Source: a virus
Taxonomy: Duplodnaviria > Caudoviricetes
Length of the DNA stretch: 38,432 nucleotides
IMG/VR virus record: IMGVR_UViG_3300008005_000036
Coordinates: 1 to 38,432 of that record
Direction: 5' to 3' (one strand)
Shown: positions 1-9,361 of the stretch, one piece after another
Numbering within the stretch: the stretch's first letter is position 1
How the letters are laid out: every line of letters starts with the position of its first letter
The notes under the pieces: generated by a model
The model's database searches: none
The model's input: only the letters and a program-made list of their open reading frames with translations
What the model was told of the DNA's origin: nothing
Position numbers and translations under genes: made by a program

Positions 1-50
1 CTAACATAAGAACTAACATAAACACTAACATTGGCTAACATTGGCTAACA
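1..50 (+). repeat. Five CTAACA direct repeats in the SSB gene leader, immediately upstream of the AGGAG ribosome-binding site
   Basis: CTAACA at 1, 13, 25, 35 and 45 (spacing 12,12,10,10); TTGGCTAACA is exactly duplicated at 31-50. The array may extend left of the window. Confidence 0.85.
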
Positions 51-63
51 CAAGGAGAACATA

Positions 64-1122
64 ATGGCTACATTACAAGAAATTCGCGCGAAGCTTCTTT
101 CGCAACAACAAAAAAACGATAACTCAAGTAGAGATAATTCTAGTTATCCTTTTTGGAACATCCCCGACGGCACATCAGCATTGTTTAGATTTTTACCAGA
201 TGGTAATCCAAACAACACATATTTTTGGGCTGAACGTCAAATAATCAAACTTCCCTTTTCTGGAATGGATAATGATGCGCAAAAGCAGGTCACTGTTCAA
301 GTACCCTGTATGGAAATGTTTGGGAAGACTTGTCCTATCCTAACAGAAATTCGTCCATGGTTTAAGGAACCCGATTTAGAAGCAACTGCTAGAACATATT
401 GGAAGAAGAGAAGCTACATATTCCAGGGCTTTGTGGTTGATGACCCCATTAATGAAAAAGAAAAACCGGAAAACCCAATTAGAAGATTTATTATTAATCC
501 ATCTATATATGGTATAATTAGTGCTTCATTGTTGGATCCTGAAATTGAAGATTTGCCAATTGATTATATTAGTGGTAGAGATTTTAGATTGGCAAAAACT
601 AGAAAAGGGCAATATGCCGATTATTCTACATCAAAGTGGAGTATGAAGACTCGTTCACTAAATGATGATGAAATAGCTGCAATAGAAAAATTTGGATTGT
701 TTGACTTAAACCAATTTATGCCAAAAGAACCAACCGATGAAGAAGTTAAAATTATTGGTGAAATGTTCCAAGCGAGTGTGGATGGCGAACCTTATGATTC
801 CGCGAGATTTAGCAGGTATTTCAAGCCAAATACATATGGCAACAATGATGACGATGTCGATGCTAAGTCATCATCAAAAGCATCCGCCGCAAAACCAATA
901 GTAAGCAAGCCTGTTGCTAAGGTAGTAGAACCAGTAGAACCAGAAGAAGTTGAAGAGGAGGCGGTAGTATCAGCTAAGCCCTCGGCTTCCGAAGCTTTAG
1001 CCAAATTAAAGGCAAGAACAGCCGCTCCTAAAGCCGAAACAGCCTCGGATGATGCATCGCCTGCTAAAAAGGTAGATCCTTCTGCTATTTTAGAAGCCTT
1101 GAGAAATAGAGCTAAGAAATAA
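64..1122 (+). CDS. T4 gp32-like single-stranded DNA-binding protein
   Basis: RFLPD, CPI, YWKKRSY and DYSTSKW motifs; acidic/Ala-rich C-terminal tail; directly upstream of uvsX; AGGAG RBS. Confidence 0.85.
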   Translation: MATLQEIRAKLLSQQQKNDNSSRDNSSYPFWNIPDGTSALFRFLPDGNPNNTYFWAERQIIKLPFSGMDNDAQKQVTVQVPCMEMFGKTCPILTEIRPWFKEPDLEATARTYWKKRSYIFQGFVVDDPINEKEKPENPIRRFIINPSIYGIISASLLDPEIEDLPIDYISGRDFRLAKTRKGQYADYSTSKWSMKTRSLNDDEIAAIEKFGLFDLNQFMPKEPTDEEVKIIGEMFQASVDGEPYDSARFSRYFKPNTYGNNDDDVDAKSSSKASAAKPIVSKPVAKVVEPVEPEEVEEEAVVSAKPSASEALAKLKARTAAPKAETASDDASPAKKVDPSAILEALRNRAKK

Positions 1123-1147
1123 TTTAAATTAAATTTGCAAAAAATAT

Positions 1148-1175
1148 AGTGTAGCCAGTATAGTCTGGCTACACT
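1148..1175 (+). terminator. Perfect 11-bp intergenic hairpin (attenuator or mRNA-stabilising stem)
   Basis: AGTGTAGCCAG-TATAGT-CTGGCTACACT between SSB and uvsX; no clear downstream U tract. Confidence 0.55.
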
Positions 1176-1193
1176 TAGATGGGGATTGATTGA

Positions 1194-2273
1194 ATGAAAA
1201 AAGTATTTGATGCAAGTAAACTTAGAAAAAGTTTAACAAAAAACATAGATGGAATTAGTATTGGATTTAATGACCCCAAAACTTGGATTAGTATTGGTAA
1301 TTACGCATTAAACTACCGAATTAGTGGGGATTTTAAACGAGCTATACCGTTGGGTAAGGTTGCTGTTTTAGCGGGCGAAAGCGGGTCCGGTAAAAGCTTT
1401 TTGTGTGCTAATGTAATGAGAGAAGCACAAGCTCAAGGAATTTATGTCGTGTTAATTGATACAGAAAATGCTCTTGACGAAGAATGGCTTAAACCACTTG
1501 GTGTAGATACTTCTGAAGATAAAATGCTTAAAGTTAACTTGGCAATGATAGATGATGTTGCTAAACTTGTTTCAGATTTTGTTAAGGAATATAGATCAGA
1601 ACATGGTAATGTTGCTGAAGATGACCGACCTAAAGTATTATTTGTTATAGATAGTTTGGGTATGATGTTGACTCCAACGGACGTAAATCAATTTGCTGCT
1701 GGCGATTTGAAAGGTGATATGGGTCGTAAACCAAAAGCACTTACTGCGTTGGTTAGAAATTGCGTTAATATGTTTGGTGAATTCGATATAGGTATGTTGG
1801 CAACCAACCATACATATGCAAGCCAAGACATGTTTGACCCCGATGATAAAATTTCAGGTGGCCAGGGATTCATATATGCTTCCTCTATTGTTTTGGCTAT
1901 GAGAAAATTGAAACTTAAAGAAGACGAAGATGGGAATAAAGTTTCTGATATTCGTGGTATTAGATCAAAATGTAAAATAATGAAAACACGTTTTACAAAA
2001 CCCTTTGAAGAAGTTGAAATAAAAATACCATATGATACGGGTATGAATCCATACAGTGGGCTTGTTGATATGTTTGAAAAACAAAGTTTGCTGGTTAAAG
2101 ATGGAAATAGATTAAAATTTATTGACATTTCGGGAAAGGAATATAAGTATTACCGTAAGGAATACGAACGTAATGAAAATGGTATATTAGATTTAATCAT
2201 GGAACAACATTCTTCATTAGTTCACTCCAAAAAGAATTTTGATAAAGTAGAAGAGGAAAAAATTGATGAGTGA
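1194..2273 (+). CDS. uvsX: UvsX/RecA-like recombinase
   Basis: Walker A GESGSGKS, IDTENA, Walker B FVIDSLG, NHTY and SGGQG motifs. Confidence 0.93.
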   Translation: MKKVFDASKLRKSLTKNIDGISIGFNDPKTWISIGNYALNYRISGDFKRAIPLGKVAVLAGESGSGKSFLCANVMREAQAQGIYVVLIDTENALDEEWLKPLGVDTSEDKMLKVNLAMIDDVAKLVSDFVKEYRSEHGNVAEDDRPKVLFVIDSLGMMLTPTDVNQFAAGDLKGDMGRKPKALTALVRNCVNMFGEFDIGMLATNHTYASQDMFDPDDKISGGQGFIYASSIVLAMRKLKLKEDEDGNKVSDIRGIRSKCKIMKTRFTKPFEEVEIKIPYDTGMNPYSGLVDMFEKQSLLVKDGNRLKFIDISGKEYKYYRKEYERNENGILDLIMEQHSSLVHSKKNFDKVEEEKIDE

Positions 2274-2490
2274 TATTAAGCCAGAACTAGTTTTAGAAAT
2301 ATGGGAGCATTTTAAGGATTTTGTACCAGCAAAAGAACGACAAATTGTTACGTATAGTTTTATTGAAAAACTCGAAGATTACGGATTTGATGTTGATACA
2401 TTGTCTGCCATTGAAGGCGAAGATAGATATATTGATAAAGTTTATTTAGAAAAAAGTTTTCAATATAATACCGACAATGATGAGGATTAA
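2266..2490 (+). CDS. Small acidic hypothetical protein
   Basis: ORF overlapping the uvsX stop; ATG at 2266 preferred over TTG at 2263. Confidence 0.7.
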   Translation: MSDIKPELVLEIWEHFKDFVPAKERQIVTYSFIEKLEDYGFDVDTLSAIEGEDRYIDKVYLEKSFQYNTDNDED

Positions 2491-2500
2491 TGTAATTTAA

Positions 2501-2992
2501 ATGTCCTGGTTTAATAAACTAACGGCCAATCCTGAAGATTATTCTATTGTTTTGGAAGCATACGACTATTATTCCAACGAATTGGATGATGCTCGATCCG
2601 AAATTGCACTTAGCGGTAGTTTAGAACGAGCATCATCTATGTTGCCGGGAATAGTAGAATATAGATTTAATCAACTACAAGAAGTTGAAGCAATTTTAGA
2701 ACTTTTGAATATTCATTATAGTAAACTTAGAAGCAGTAAATTAAAACATTTTTTAGAACATTATAATAAATCGTTATCGTCAAGGGATGCAGAAAAATAT
2801 GCCGAAGCAGATGTAGACGTAGTTACAATGTCTGAAATAATCAACCAAATTGCTTTTATTAGAAACAAGTATTTGGGTGTTATGAAGGGATTAGATAATA
2901 AAAGTTTTCAAATAAACAATATTACTAGACTTAGATGCGCCGGCCTTGAAGATGCTGAATTAAATTATGGGTTTAGAAAGAATATAAAATGA
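2501..2992 (+). CDS. uvsY: UvsY-like recombination mediator protein
   Basis: Helical 163-aa protein with LSSRDAEKY and KGLDNKSFQINNITRLR, resembling the UvsY C-terminus; next to uvsX. Confidence 0.75.
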   Translation: MSWFNKLTANPEDYSIVLEAYDYYSNELDDARSEIALSGSLERASSMLPGIVEYRFNQLQEVEAILELLNIHYSKLRSSKLKHFLEHYNKSLSSRDAEKYAEADVDVVTMSEIINQIAFIRNKYLGVMKGLDNKSFQINNITRLRCAGLEDAELNYGFRKNIK

Positions 2993-3711
2993 TTTATACT
3001 GAAACACTAATTTTAACTGTATATGAGGACATGCTTAAAGAATGTTCATATTTTAGACCAGATAAAAATTATATTTCTCAATTACCAAATAATCAATATA
3101 ATGAGTTGCCGCCGTATGATAAAATAAACAATAAATATGATTTAAAATTCATATGGGATATGGCATACAAGGTGTATTTAGACAAAATATTAAGTTCAAA
3201 ACAATATGAATTATTATTAAATATATTGCCAAAATACAAGTCTCTTTATATGGATTTGGGGTTAAATAAAGATCAATACGAATATTGGCTTACTCATAAA
3301 GGCAGTAAAACAATTAAAGTATATGAAAGTAAGCAAATTAAAAGAGAAGTAAGATACATAGGTGATAATACTTTTGCTTTTAGATTTATCTATACCCCCG
3401 AATTAGCTAAATTTATGAAAGATATTAATAAAAAAAGTATGGCTAATTTGCGTTTAATACGTGAGCATGATATATGGTTGTTGGAAATTAATGAACGCAA
3501 TAAAACAGATTTAATTAATTTAATAAGTGGTAATGGATTTGATTTTGACAGTTCTGTTGAACAGTATTTTTTGGAATATGAAAATACTAAAGATTTACCA
3601 GTAACAATAGATATTATTGATGAAAAATGTAATATTAGTGCGCCAAGCAATAAGTTATTTGCCACTTGGTTAAAGCGGGAGTTGTCATTGGAGGAAAGTT
3701 ATGTTAAATAA
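2989..3711 (+). CDS. Hypothetical protein, possible HARP-like domain
   Basis: ATGA overlap with uvsY; FAFRFIYTPELAKFMK...IWLLEI resembles the HARP pattern. The function call is weak. Confidence 0.6.
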   Translation: MIYTETLILTVYEDMLKECSYFRPDKNYISQLPNNQYNELPPYDKINNKYDLKFIWDMAYKVYLDKILSSKQYELLLNILPKYKSLYMDLGLNKDQYEYWLTHKGSKTIKVYESKQIKREVRYIGDNTFAFRFIYTPELAKFMKDINKKSMANLRLIREHDIWLLEINERNKTDLINLISGNGFDFDSSVEQYFLEYENTKDLPVTIDIIDEKCNISAPSNKLFATWLKRELSLEESYVK

Positions 3712-4450
3712 ATTTGATAACATTACGTTGACTCCGTCTTTGGCACGTAAGTTATTATTATTAAATGAAATAATGCCAATGAATATTCCTGAAACTATTT
3801 TAGAAATAGCATCATCTAATTTATTGGATGCAGAACTTTTTGGTGATGACACCGAATATTGTCAATTTTTAGAAGATAACAAATTACGTGCTGTTGTAAT
3901 CTATTCTGATATTACGAGTTTTTTAAGTAAAACCATTAAATTTCTGGCATATAAACAAATCAAACCTGTTTTATTTGTTTTTGACAATTTAATGCTTCAT
4001 TCTAGCTGTATAAGCAAGGTAATGAAAATGTTTCAGCTTTCTTACAAAATATTATTGCCCAAAGCAAATTTGTTTGTGGATAATAATATTGATTTTTATT
4101 TTATTGATATAGAAACAATGAAAAAAATTAAAAATAAAATTTTTATTGAAAGAGAATTTGGCGTTGTTTTAATAGAAGCTCAAGCTATTTTTAAATCACA
4201 ATATATTTTAGAAAATGAAATGATGACAATGCCACATATTATGAGTTTTACAGATCAATTGATTGATATTACTCAATCCCATAATACACCATTATCCCAA
4301 TACATTTTTAATAAAATTATCGGAGAAGAATCATTTTTAAGTCTATTAACCACCATGAAATGGAAAAAATGGGCGGAAAAACGTGGATATAATATTAATG
4401 AAAATATTATTTGTTATATTTCGGGAATTTCAAAACATTTAAAAGTATAA
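3701..4450 (+). CDS. Hypothetical protein, possibly a degenerate SF2/SNF2 RecA-like domain
   Basis: Coupled ORF; KPVLFV and FGVVLIEAQAIFKS resemble decayed helicase motifs Ia and II; no Walker A. Confidence 0.55.
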   Translation: MLNKFDNITLTPSLARKLLLLNEIMPMNIPETILEIASSNLLDAELFGDDTEYCQFLEDNKLRAVVIYSDITSFLSKTIKFLAYKQIKPVLFVFDNLMLHSSCISKVMKMFQLSYKILLPKANLFVDNNIDFYFIDIETMKKIKNKIFIEREFGVVLIEAQAIFKSQYILENEMMTMPHIMSFTDQLIDITQSHNTPLSQYIFNKIIGEESFLSLLTTMKWKKWAEKRGYNINENIICYISGISKHLKV

Positions 4451-4453
4451 ATA
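4446..4453 (+). promoter_or_regulatory. T4-type late promoter TATAAATA
   Basis: Exact T4 late consensus about 25 bp upstream of the 4479 ATG. Confidence 0.75.
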
Positions 4454-4478
4454 TAATAAAATATGTTAAGGATAAATT

Positions 4479-5456
4479 ATGGCTTTTGGCGCTTCTCAAA
4501 GAGTATTATCGGTAGATTACAATAACATCATAGGCAATTCTAACACTGCTGGTGATGCATTGGGTCCCTACTCGAGTGAACCCGCAGCTACCAATGTGGG
4601 CGGTCTGTATGGTATTGGGTATGGTTCTATAGGATATGGCAGAACCACTCCCGCGTTAACTAACGCCAACCAAGGTGGTAGAATTTTAGCTTCACAATGG
4701 AATAATTTAGTTTCGATTAATAATATAGTAGCCACAAAAACAAATACAACAATTACAGATTATACTTCGGTTACTACTGTTGGACATAGAATACAGTTTT
4801 TAACTAATCTACAATCAAATATTACTACTTTGATTAATAACAGGTTTAATACCCCATCTAGGGTGTTGTCCGCTGTTAAAATTACTGTTACACGAGCAGC
4901 AAGTTGGGGATCGGGCGGATCAACGACTATTAACGCCACTGTCAATGCGGTTTTCCCATCAGGAAATGCTGCTAGATATTTCTTTAATAGTGGTAGTGAA
5001 CTATTATTGAGGTTACGGCATAATTCTACGGCCACGGCGCAAGATTCTAGCTGGAATACATTTTTATCAACACAAGTGGGTGATATATATTTTGGAGCAA
5101 ACGGTACCAGACAAGTTGCAAGTTCTCCGGGCGGTACGGTTGCTACCACGTTAGGTTATTGGACTCCGCTTTCGGCTACCTTAACTAACATTTTTTCAAG
5201 AACTTCTGGAACAGGCCCGTATTCCGGATTATCAACTGTCACGATGCAGGCCGCTAGAGTTGGCGCTGCTAATGTGAATGGTAATGGCGATAATGGTACT
5301 ACGGTTCAGTTTAAAGTTACGCTAACTGATGCTTATGCTGGATTTGGAGATTTTATTACTGGTGGACAAACAGTATTACAAGTTTTCGATAATACAAATA
5401 ACGCTGGTTTTACCCCGGTTGGTACAACTTCTGTTACATTGGTTGATGGTTTTTAA
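4479..5456 (+). CDS. Probable virion structural protein (Gly/Thr/Asn-rich, tail/fibre-like)
   Basis: G/T/S/N-rich beta-type composition, few charged residues, higher GC than neighbours, own late promoter, ARYFFNSG motif. Confidence 0.65.
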   Translation: MAFGASQRVLSVDYNNIIGNSNTAGDALGPYSSEPAATNVGGLYGIGYGSIGYGRTTPALTNANQGGRILASQWNNLVSINNIVATKTNTTITDYTSVTTVGHRIQFLTNLQSNITTLINNRFNTPSRVLSAVKITVTRAASWGSGGSTTINATVNAVFPSGNAARYFFNSGSELLLRLRHNSTATAQDSSWNTFLSTQVGDIYFGANGTRQVASSPGGTVATTLGYWTPLSATLTNIFSRTSGTGPYSGLSTVTMQAARVGAANVNGNGDNGTTVQFKVTLTDAYAGFGDFITGGQTVLQVFDNTNNAGFTPVGTTSVTLVDGF

Positions 5457-5464
5457 TATTTAAA

Positions 5465-5493
5465 TTGAAATTATTGCACTTTTACATTATATT
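5465..5493 (+). promoter_or_regulatory. Sigma70-like promoter for uvsW
   Basis: TTGAAA-17 bp-TATATT; the AT-rich background lowers specificity. Confidence 0.45.
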
Positions 5494-5520
5494 CTATATT
5501 AGTTAATAAGGATGATTTGA

Positions 5521-6984
5521 ATGAAGTGCATATTAAAAATCTATGATGAAGTCAATGTCAAGTTCATGGGATTGGATGTCCCGACTCGAAGAAAACTTGT
5601 TAATAAACTAAAATTCTTTATGCCACAAGCTTATCATATGCCTTCTTACAAATTAGGCAGATGGGATGGCACTATTAGTTTTTGTACTCTTGGCGGCGCA
5701 ACATACTTTAATTTATTGGAAGAACTATTACCCATAGTAATAGAAGATGGGTATGATATTGAAATTGAAGATGACCGTCAACAATATGAATTTGATTTTC
5801 CTAAAATAGATGAAAACTATTTAGAAAATTTAGGTAAAGTATGGCCTGCTGGGCACATGGATGCAGGTAATCCGATTAAACTTAGAGATTATCAAGTAGA
5901 AATTATTAATAAATTTTTTGAAAATCTTCAATCTATTCAGGAAGCAGCTACTGGTGCGGGAAAAACTATTATCACAGCAACTATTTCGCAAATCATTGAA
6001 AAATATGGCAAAACTATCGTAATAGTACCGAATAAAAGTTTAGTTACCCAAACAGAAACATATTATAAATTATTGGGTTTAGATGTTGGTGTATATTATG
6101 GTGAGCGTAAAGATTTAGACAAAACCCATACTATTTGTACTTGGCAAAGTTTAGAGGCACTTGAACGTATGTGTAAGAAAAAAGAAATTGATGAAAACTT
6201 ACTTTATACATTTGCTGAAGATAAATTGGCAGTAATAGTTGACGAAACACATATGGCAAAAGCCGATTGCTTGAAACGGTTATTAACGGGACCATTTGCT
6301 CATTGTCCCATACGATTTGGATTAACTGGGACAATTCCTAAAGAAGATTTTAACCAAAAAAGTATATTGGCATCAATTGGGGCAATAACCAGTAAATTGG
6401 CCGCTCATACCTTGCAGGAACAGGGAGTATTAAGTTCATGTGATGTTAATGTAGTCCAACTTCAAGATTTAATACAGTCAGGCAGTTATGCACAAGAGCG
6501 TGACTATTTGTTAAAAAATAAAGAACGTATGGATTTTATTGCTAAAACAATTCAAACTATAGCTGAAACAGGTAATACTTTGGTGTTGGTTGATAGAGTT
6601 GAAGCAGGTAAATTACTCAATGCGGCAATACCCGAATCAAACTTTGTATATGGGAATACAAAAACCTTAGATCGACAGGAACAATATGATGATATTTCTG
6701 TTTCAGATAATAAAACGATAATTGCAACATATGGTGTAGCCGCTGTTGGCATTGATATTCCGCGAATTTTTAATTTAATTTTAATAGAACCTGGTAAAAG
6801 TTTTATTAGAGTAGTTCAAAGTATTGGCCGTGGTATACGAAAAGCAAAAGATAAAGATCACGTTAATATTTTTGATATTTGCTCTACGGCCAAGTACTCA
6901 AAAAAACATTTAACAGAACGTAAAAAATATTATAAGGAAGCTCAATATCCTTTTAATATTACAAAAATTAATTGGCAAGGATAA
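5521..6984 (+). CDS. uvsW: UvsW-like SF2 DNA helicase
   Basis: LRDYQ, ATGAGKT, DETH, GLTGT, GIDIP and QSIGRGIR motifs; WDG N-terminal motif typical of UvsW. Confidence 0.92.
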   Translation: MKCILKIYDEVNVKFMGLDVPTRRKLVNKLKFFMPQAYHMPSYKLGRWDGTISFCTLGGATYFNLLEELLPIVIEDGYDIEIEDDRQQYEFDFPKIDENYLENLGKVWPAGHMDAGNPIKLRDYQVEIINKFFENLQSIQEAATGAGKTIITATISQIIEKYGKTIVIVPNKSLVTQTETYYKLLGLDVGVYYGERKDLDKTHTICTWQSLEALERMCKKKEIDENLLYTFAEDKLAVIVDETHMAKADCLKRLLTGPFAHCPIRFGLTGTIPKEDFNQKSILASIGAITSKLAAHTLQEQGVLSSCDVNVVQLQDLIQSGSYAQERDYLLKNKERMDFIAKTIQTIAETGNTLVLVDRVEAGKLLNAAIPESNFVYGNTKTLDRQEQYDDISVSDNKTIIATYGVAAVGIDIPRIFNLILIEPGKSFIRVVQSIGRGIRKAKDKDHVNIFDICSTAKYSKKHLTERKKYYKEAQYPFNITKINWQG

Positions 6985-6988
6985 TAAT

Positions 6989-7489
6989 ATGTTTATTTTA
7001 ACAGAAAATAATATTCCATTCTCTATGAATAATATACCAAGTATGGTAGATGATATACGTTATTCGGTATTGGATTACAGTTCCCAGGATAATGTTGATT
7101 ATTTCTGTATTCCTTTGGTATTTTTGGAAACGTTTTCAACACCAGCAGCAGAATTAACGGTAGGAAAATATAAACTTCAAGTTCCATTAGATTGGAGCAT
7201 TGTGATCGGCGAAAAAGACGTTGGCGATTTAGAGATAATACCAATCACACAATGTTTGGACCGAGATTTTTCAGTATTTTGTTACAACCCAATCAATGGT
7301 TATAGACCGGAATATTATAAATTAGATGTAACTAATATATATCCCGATGTCAAATGGCACGTTCCTAAATTAAAATATGGCCATTTATTGGTTTTGCCTA
7401 TCGAAATTAAAAAATGCCCGTTATGCGTGTATATTGTCAAGGATACACACAAACTACCTGATGTGCTGGATATTTCTAAATTAACGTAA
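6989..7489 (+). CDS. Hypothetical protein
   Basis: 166-aa ORF 4 bp after uvsW with phage-like codon usage. Confidence 0.75.
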   Translation: MFILTENNIPFSMNNIPSMVDDIRYSVLDYSSQDNVDYFCIPLVFLETFSTPAAELTVGKYKLQVPLDWSIVIGEKDVGDLEIIPITQCLDRDFSVFCYNPINGYRPEYYKLDVTNIYPDVKWHVPKLKYGHLLVLPIEIKKCPLCVYIVKDTHKLPDVLDISKLT

Positions 7490-7490
7490 A

Positions 7491-7526
7491 ATAAAAAAGA
7501 TTTTAGGGGTTTTACCCCCTAAAATC
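7491..7526 (-). terminator. Rho-independent terminator
   Basis: Minus strand GATTTTAGGGG-GTAAAA-CCCCTAAAATC followed by TTTTTTAT. Confidence 0.8.
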
Positions 7527-7618
7527 AGCAAACTCTATCTACTTGGACGTGTAGATTATTTAGTAAGATTTCTCTTACTTCCGACAAAATGATGTATTTG
7601 GTACACATCACTCGTTGT
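7491..7618 (-). ncRNA. Candidate structured small RNA (three hairpins plus terminator)
   Basis: Stems at 7590-7610, 7562-7579 (GAAA tetraloop on the minus strand) and 7537-7556; terminator at 7499-7526; late-type promoter at 7625-7632. Ends are approximate. Confidence 0.55.
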
Positions 7619-7632
7619 TAATAGTATTTATT
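7619..7632 (-). promoter_or_regulatory. Late-type promoter AATAAATACTATTA
   Basis: 14/14 identical to the + strand sequence at 23479-23492 upstream of the 23538 gene. Confidence 0.6.
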
Positions 7633-7687
7633 TGATTTAGGTTTAGTTATCGTTATATATTATAAAACACTATGAAAAGGTATTGAA

Positions 7688-8332
7688 ATGGATTTATTTG
7701 AATTTAATGATGTTCAACCGGAAGATGATTTAGACGAACAACCAGAAAATAAATCCGAAAAAGCTACCAGTATGCCTTTAATTTTGGCTGCTTTGGACAG
7801 CAATGATTTTTCTTATTATGAAAAATTTGGTAAAAATGAAGAAGAACGTTTAAAAAATTGGAGTGGGGAATCATACCAATCACTTAGATGGTTGAGTTGC
7901 GTGGGTAATTCCGAAGTTGACTGGGCAGAAGCCAAACGGCAAAATAGAAAAAAAGGTGATAAAAAAGGCGCATGGCCGTCAACCCTTCATGACAATGAAT
8001 TAACGCCTTATTATTTAATTGCTACGAATGAAATAGTAAATATTAAATTTTGGGATTTGGGTAATCATAAGAAATTATTATTCTTATTATTGGCGTGTGT
8101 GGGGCAGGGACAAGCTTCTGGAAAATCTGGCCATAATTGGCCGGGAATGCCCAAAAAGCGTAAAGGAAATAATGAATTTGAAGAAATTTTATTAAAATTG
8201 TATCCCAATGCCAATTCTCTTGAATTAAAGTTATTAACTGAAAAATATAAAAATGAAGAAAAATTTAAAAATTTATGTAAGAGTATGGGATATTCTGATG
8301 AACAGATTAAAAAAATTAGTACCGTCAAATAA
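7688..8332 (+). CDS. Probable clamp-loader small subunit (T4 gp62-like)
   Basis: MDLF start, ILAALD, IATNE, HKKLLFLLLACVG...W and ILLKLY follow the gp62 layout; replication context. Confidence 0.5.
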   Translation: MDLFEFNDVQPEDDLDEQPENKSEKATSMPLILAALDSNDFSYYEKFGKNEEERLKNWSGESYQSLRWLSCVGNSEVDWAEAKRQNRKKGDKKGAWPSTLHDNELTPYYLIATNEIVNIKFWDLGNHKKLLFLLLACVGQGQASGKSGHNWPGMPKKRKGNNEFEEILLKLYPNANSLELKLLTEKYKNEEKFKNLCKSMGYSDEQIKKISTVK

Positions 8333-8345
8333 TAACTATATTTAA

Positions 8346-9065
8346 ATGGTATTTTATATAATGGGTAGTAAAAAACAAACAGTAATCGAACAAAACAAAT
8401 GTTCATATTGCGGTAAAGTGTTTGTACATGAAAAAAGTTTAGTTAACCATGCTTGTGTGAAAAAGATGCGATTTCTTGATAAAGATAGTTTACATTGTAG
8501 ATTAGCATTTGCTTCTTATGATAAATTTTATCGTATGGCATTGAAAACCAATAAACCCAAAACTATGGATAATTTTATTAACAGCCATTATTATTTGGAG
8601 TTTGTGAAATTTGGCAGATATTTAATAGATAATAATATTATGAGTCCCGAATTATTTTTAGATTTTTGTATTAAAAATGGGTTGAAATTGAAAGATTGGT
8701 TTAAACCAAGTGTTTACGAATTATATTTGCGAGAATTAAATAAAAAAGAATCACCCGAAAAGGGAGTTGAAAGAACTATTTTATTAATGAAACAATGGAG
8801 CGATCAAACTGGTAATAATTACAATGATTTTTTTAGATTGATTGAACCCAATCTTTTTATTAATTATGTCAAACAAGGGAGAATAAGCCCGTGGATAATA
8901 TATAATAGTAACTCGGGCAGAATAATGTTGGAAGAGCGGTTAAATGATGATCAATTAAGCATTATTTTGGAATGGATTGATCCAGACTATTGGAAGAAAA
9001 AGTTTTTAGTCAATAAAAAAGATAAGGAGTTTTTTAAAAAACTTTTTGATAAAGAAGGAATTTAA
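8346..9065 (+). CDS. Hypothetical protein with an N-terminal zinc finger
   Basis: CSYCGKVF...SLVNHAC (C2H2-like, C2HC); GRISPW motif. Start may be 8361. Confidence 0.7.
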   Translation: MVFYIMGSKKQTVIEQNKCSYCGKVFVHEKSLVNHACVKKMRFLDKDSLHCRLAFASYDKFYRMALKTNKPKTMDNFINSHYYLEFVKFGRYLIDNNIMSPELFLDFCIKNGLKLKDWFKPSVYELYLRELNKKESPEKGVERTILLMKQWSDQTGNNYNDFFRLIEPNLFINYVKQGRISPWIIYNSNSGRIMLEERLNDDQLSIILEWIDPDYWKKKFLVNKKDKEFFKKLFDKEGI

Positions 9066-9066
9066 A

Positions 9067-9357
9067 GTGATAAATAATATATATTCTAACAAAAAAACAG
9101 GTGCAAATAAAAAACCAGTTCAAAAAAAATCGTTAACTATTCGCGGAAGATCGAAAAATAATGTTGTTTTAGAATCAGAAAATAATGAAATGATAAATTT
9201 GGCTTCACATGAATTTATGCTAAGTTTAGAATCTGAACTAAAGAAAACTAAAATCAAAATCAAAACTCTCGAAGGCATCGTAAACCGTATGTTGGTAGAA
9301 AATAATAAAGTTCGAACTGAATTAAATGCATTAAAACAAATATTAGGCAGGAATTAA
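9067..9357 (+). CDS. Basic coiled-coil hypothetical protein
   Basis: GTG start with a GAAGGA RBS; heptad-rich C-terminus. Confidence 0.6.
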   Translation: MINNIYSNKKTGANKKPVQKKSLTIRGRSKNNVVLESENNEMINLASHEFMLSLESELKKTKIKIKTLEGIVNRMLVENNKVRTELNALKQILGRN

Positions 9358-9361
9358 AATT

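Noticed and set aside
1-50. Repeats as a CRISPR array
   Set aside because: Units are 6-10 nt with 4-6-nt gaps, far too short for a repeat-spacer structure.
7537-7556. TCTACT...GTAGAT hairpin resembling the Cas12a crRNA handle (possible RNA anti-CRISPR)
   Set aside because: It lacks the AATTT 5' part and has a longer loop. The best match is on the + strand while transcription signals point to the minus strand. Kept only as part of the sRNA finding.
7490-7687. tRNA gene in the largest intergenic gap
   Set aside because: No acceptor stem closing the hairpins, and no TTCGA T-loop or D-loop consensus. No tRNA or rRNA was recognised anywhere in the window.
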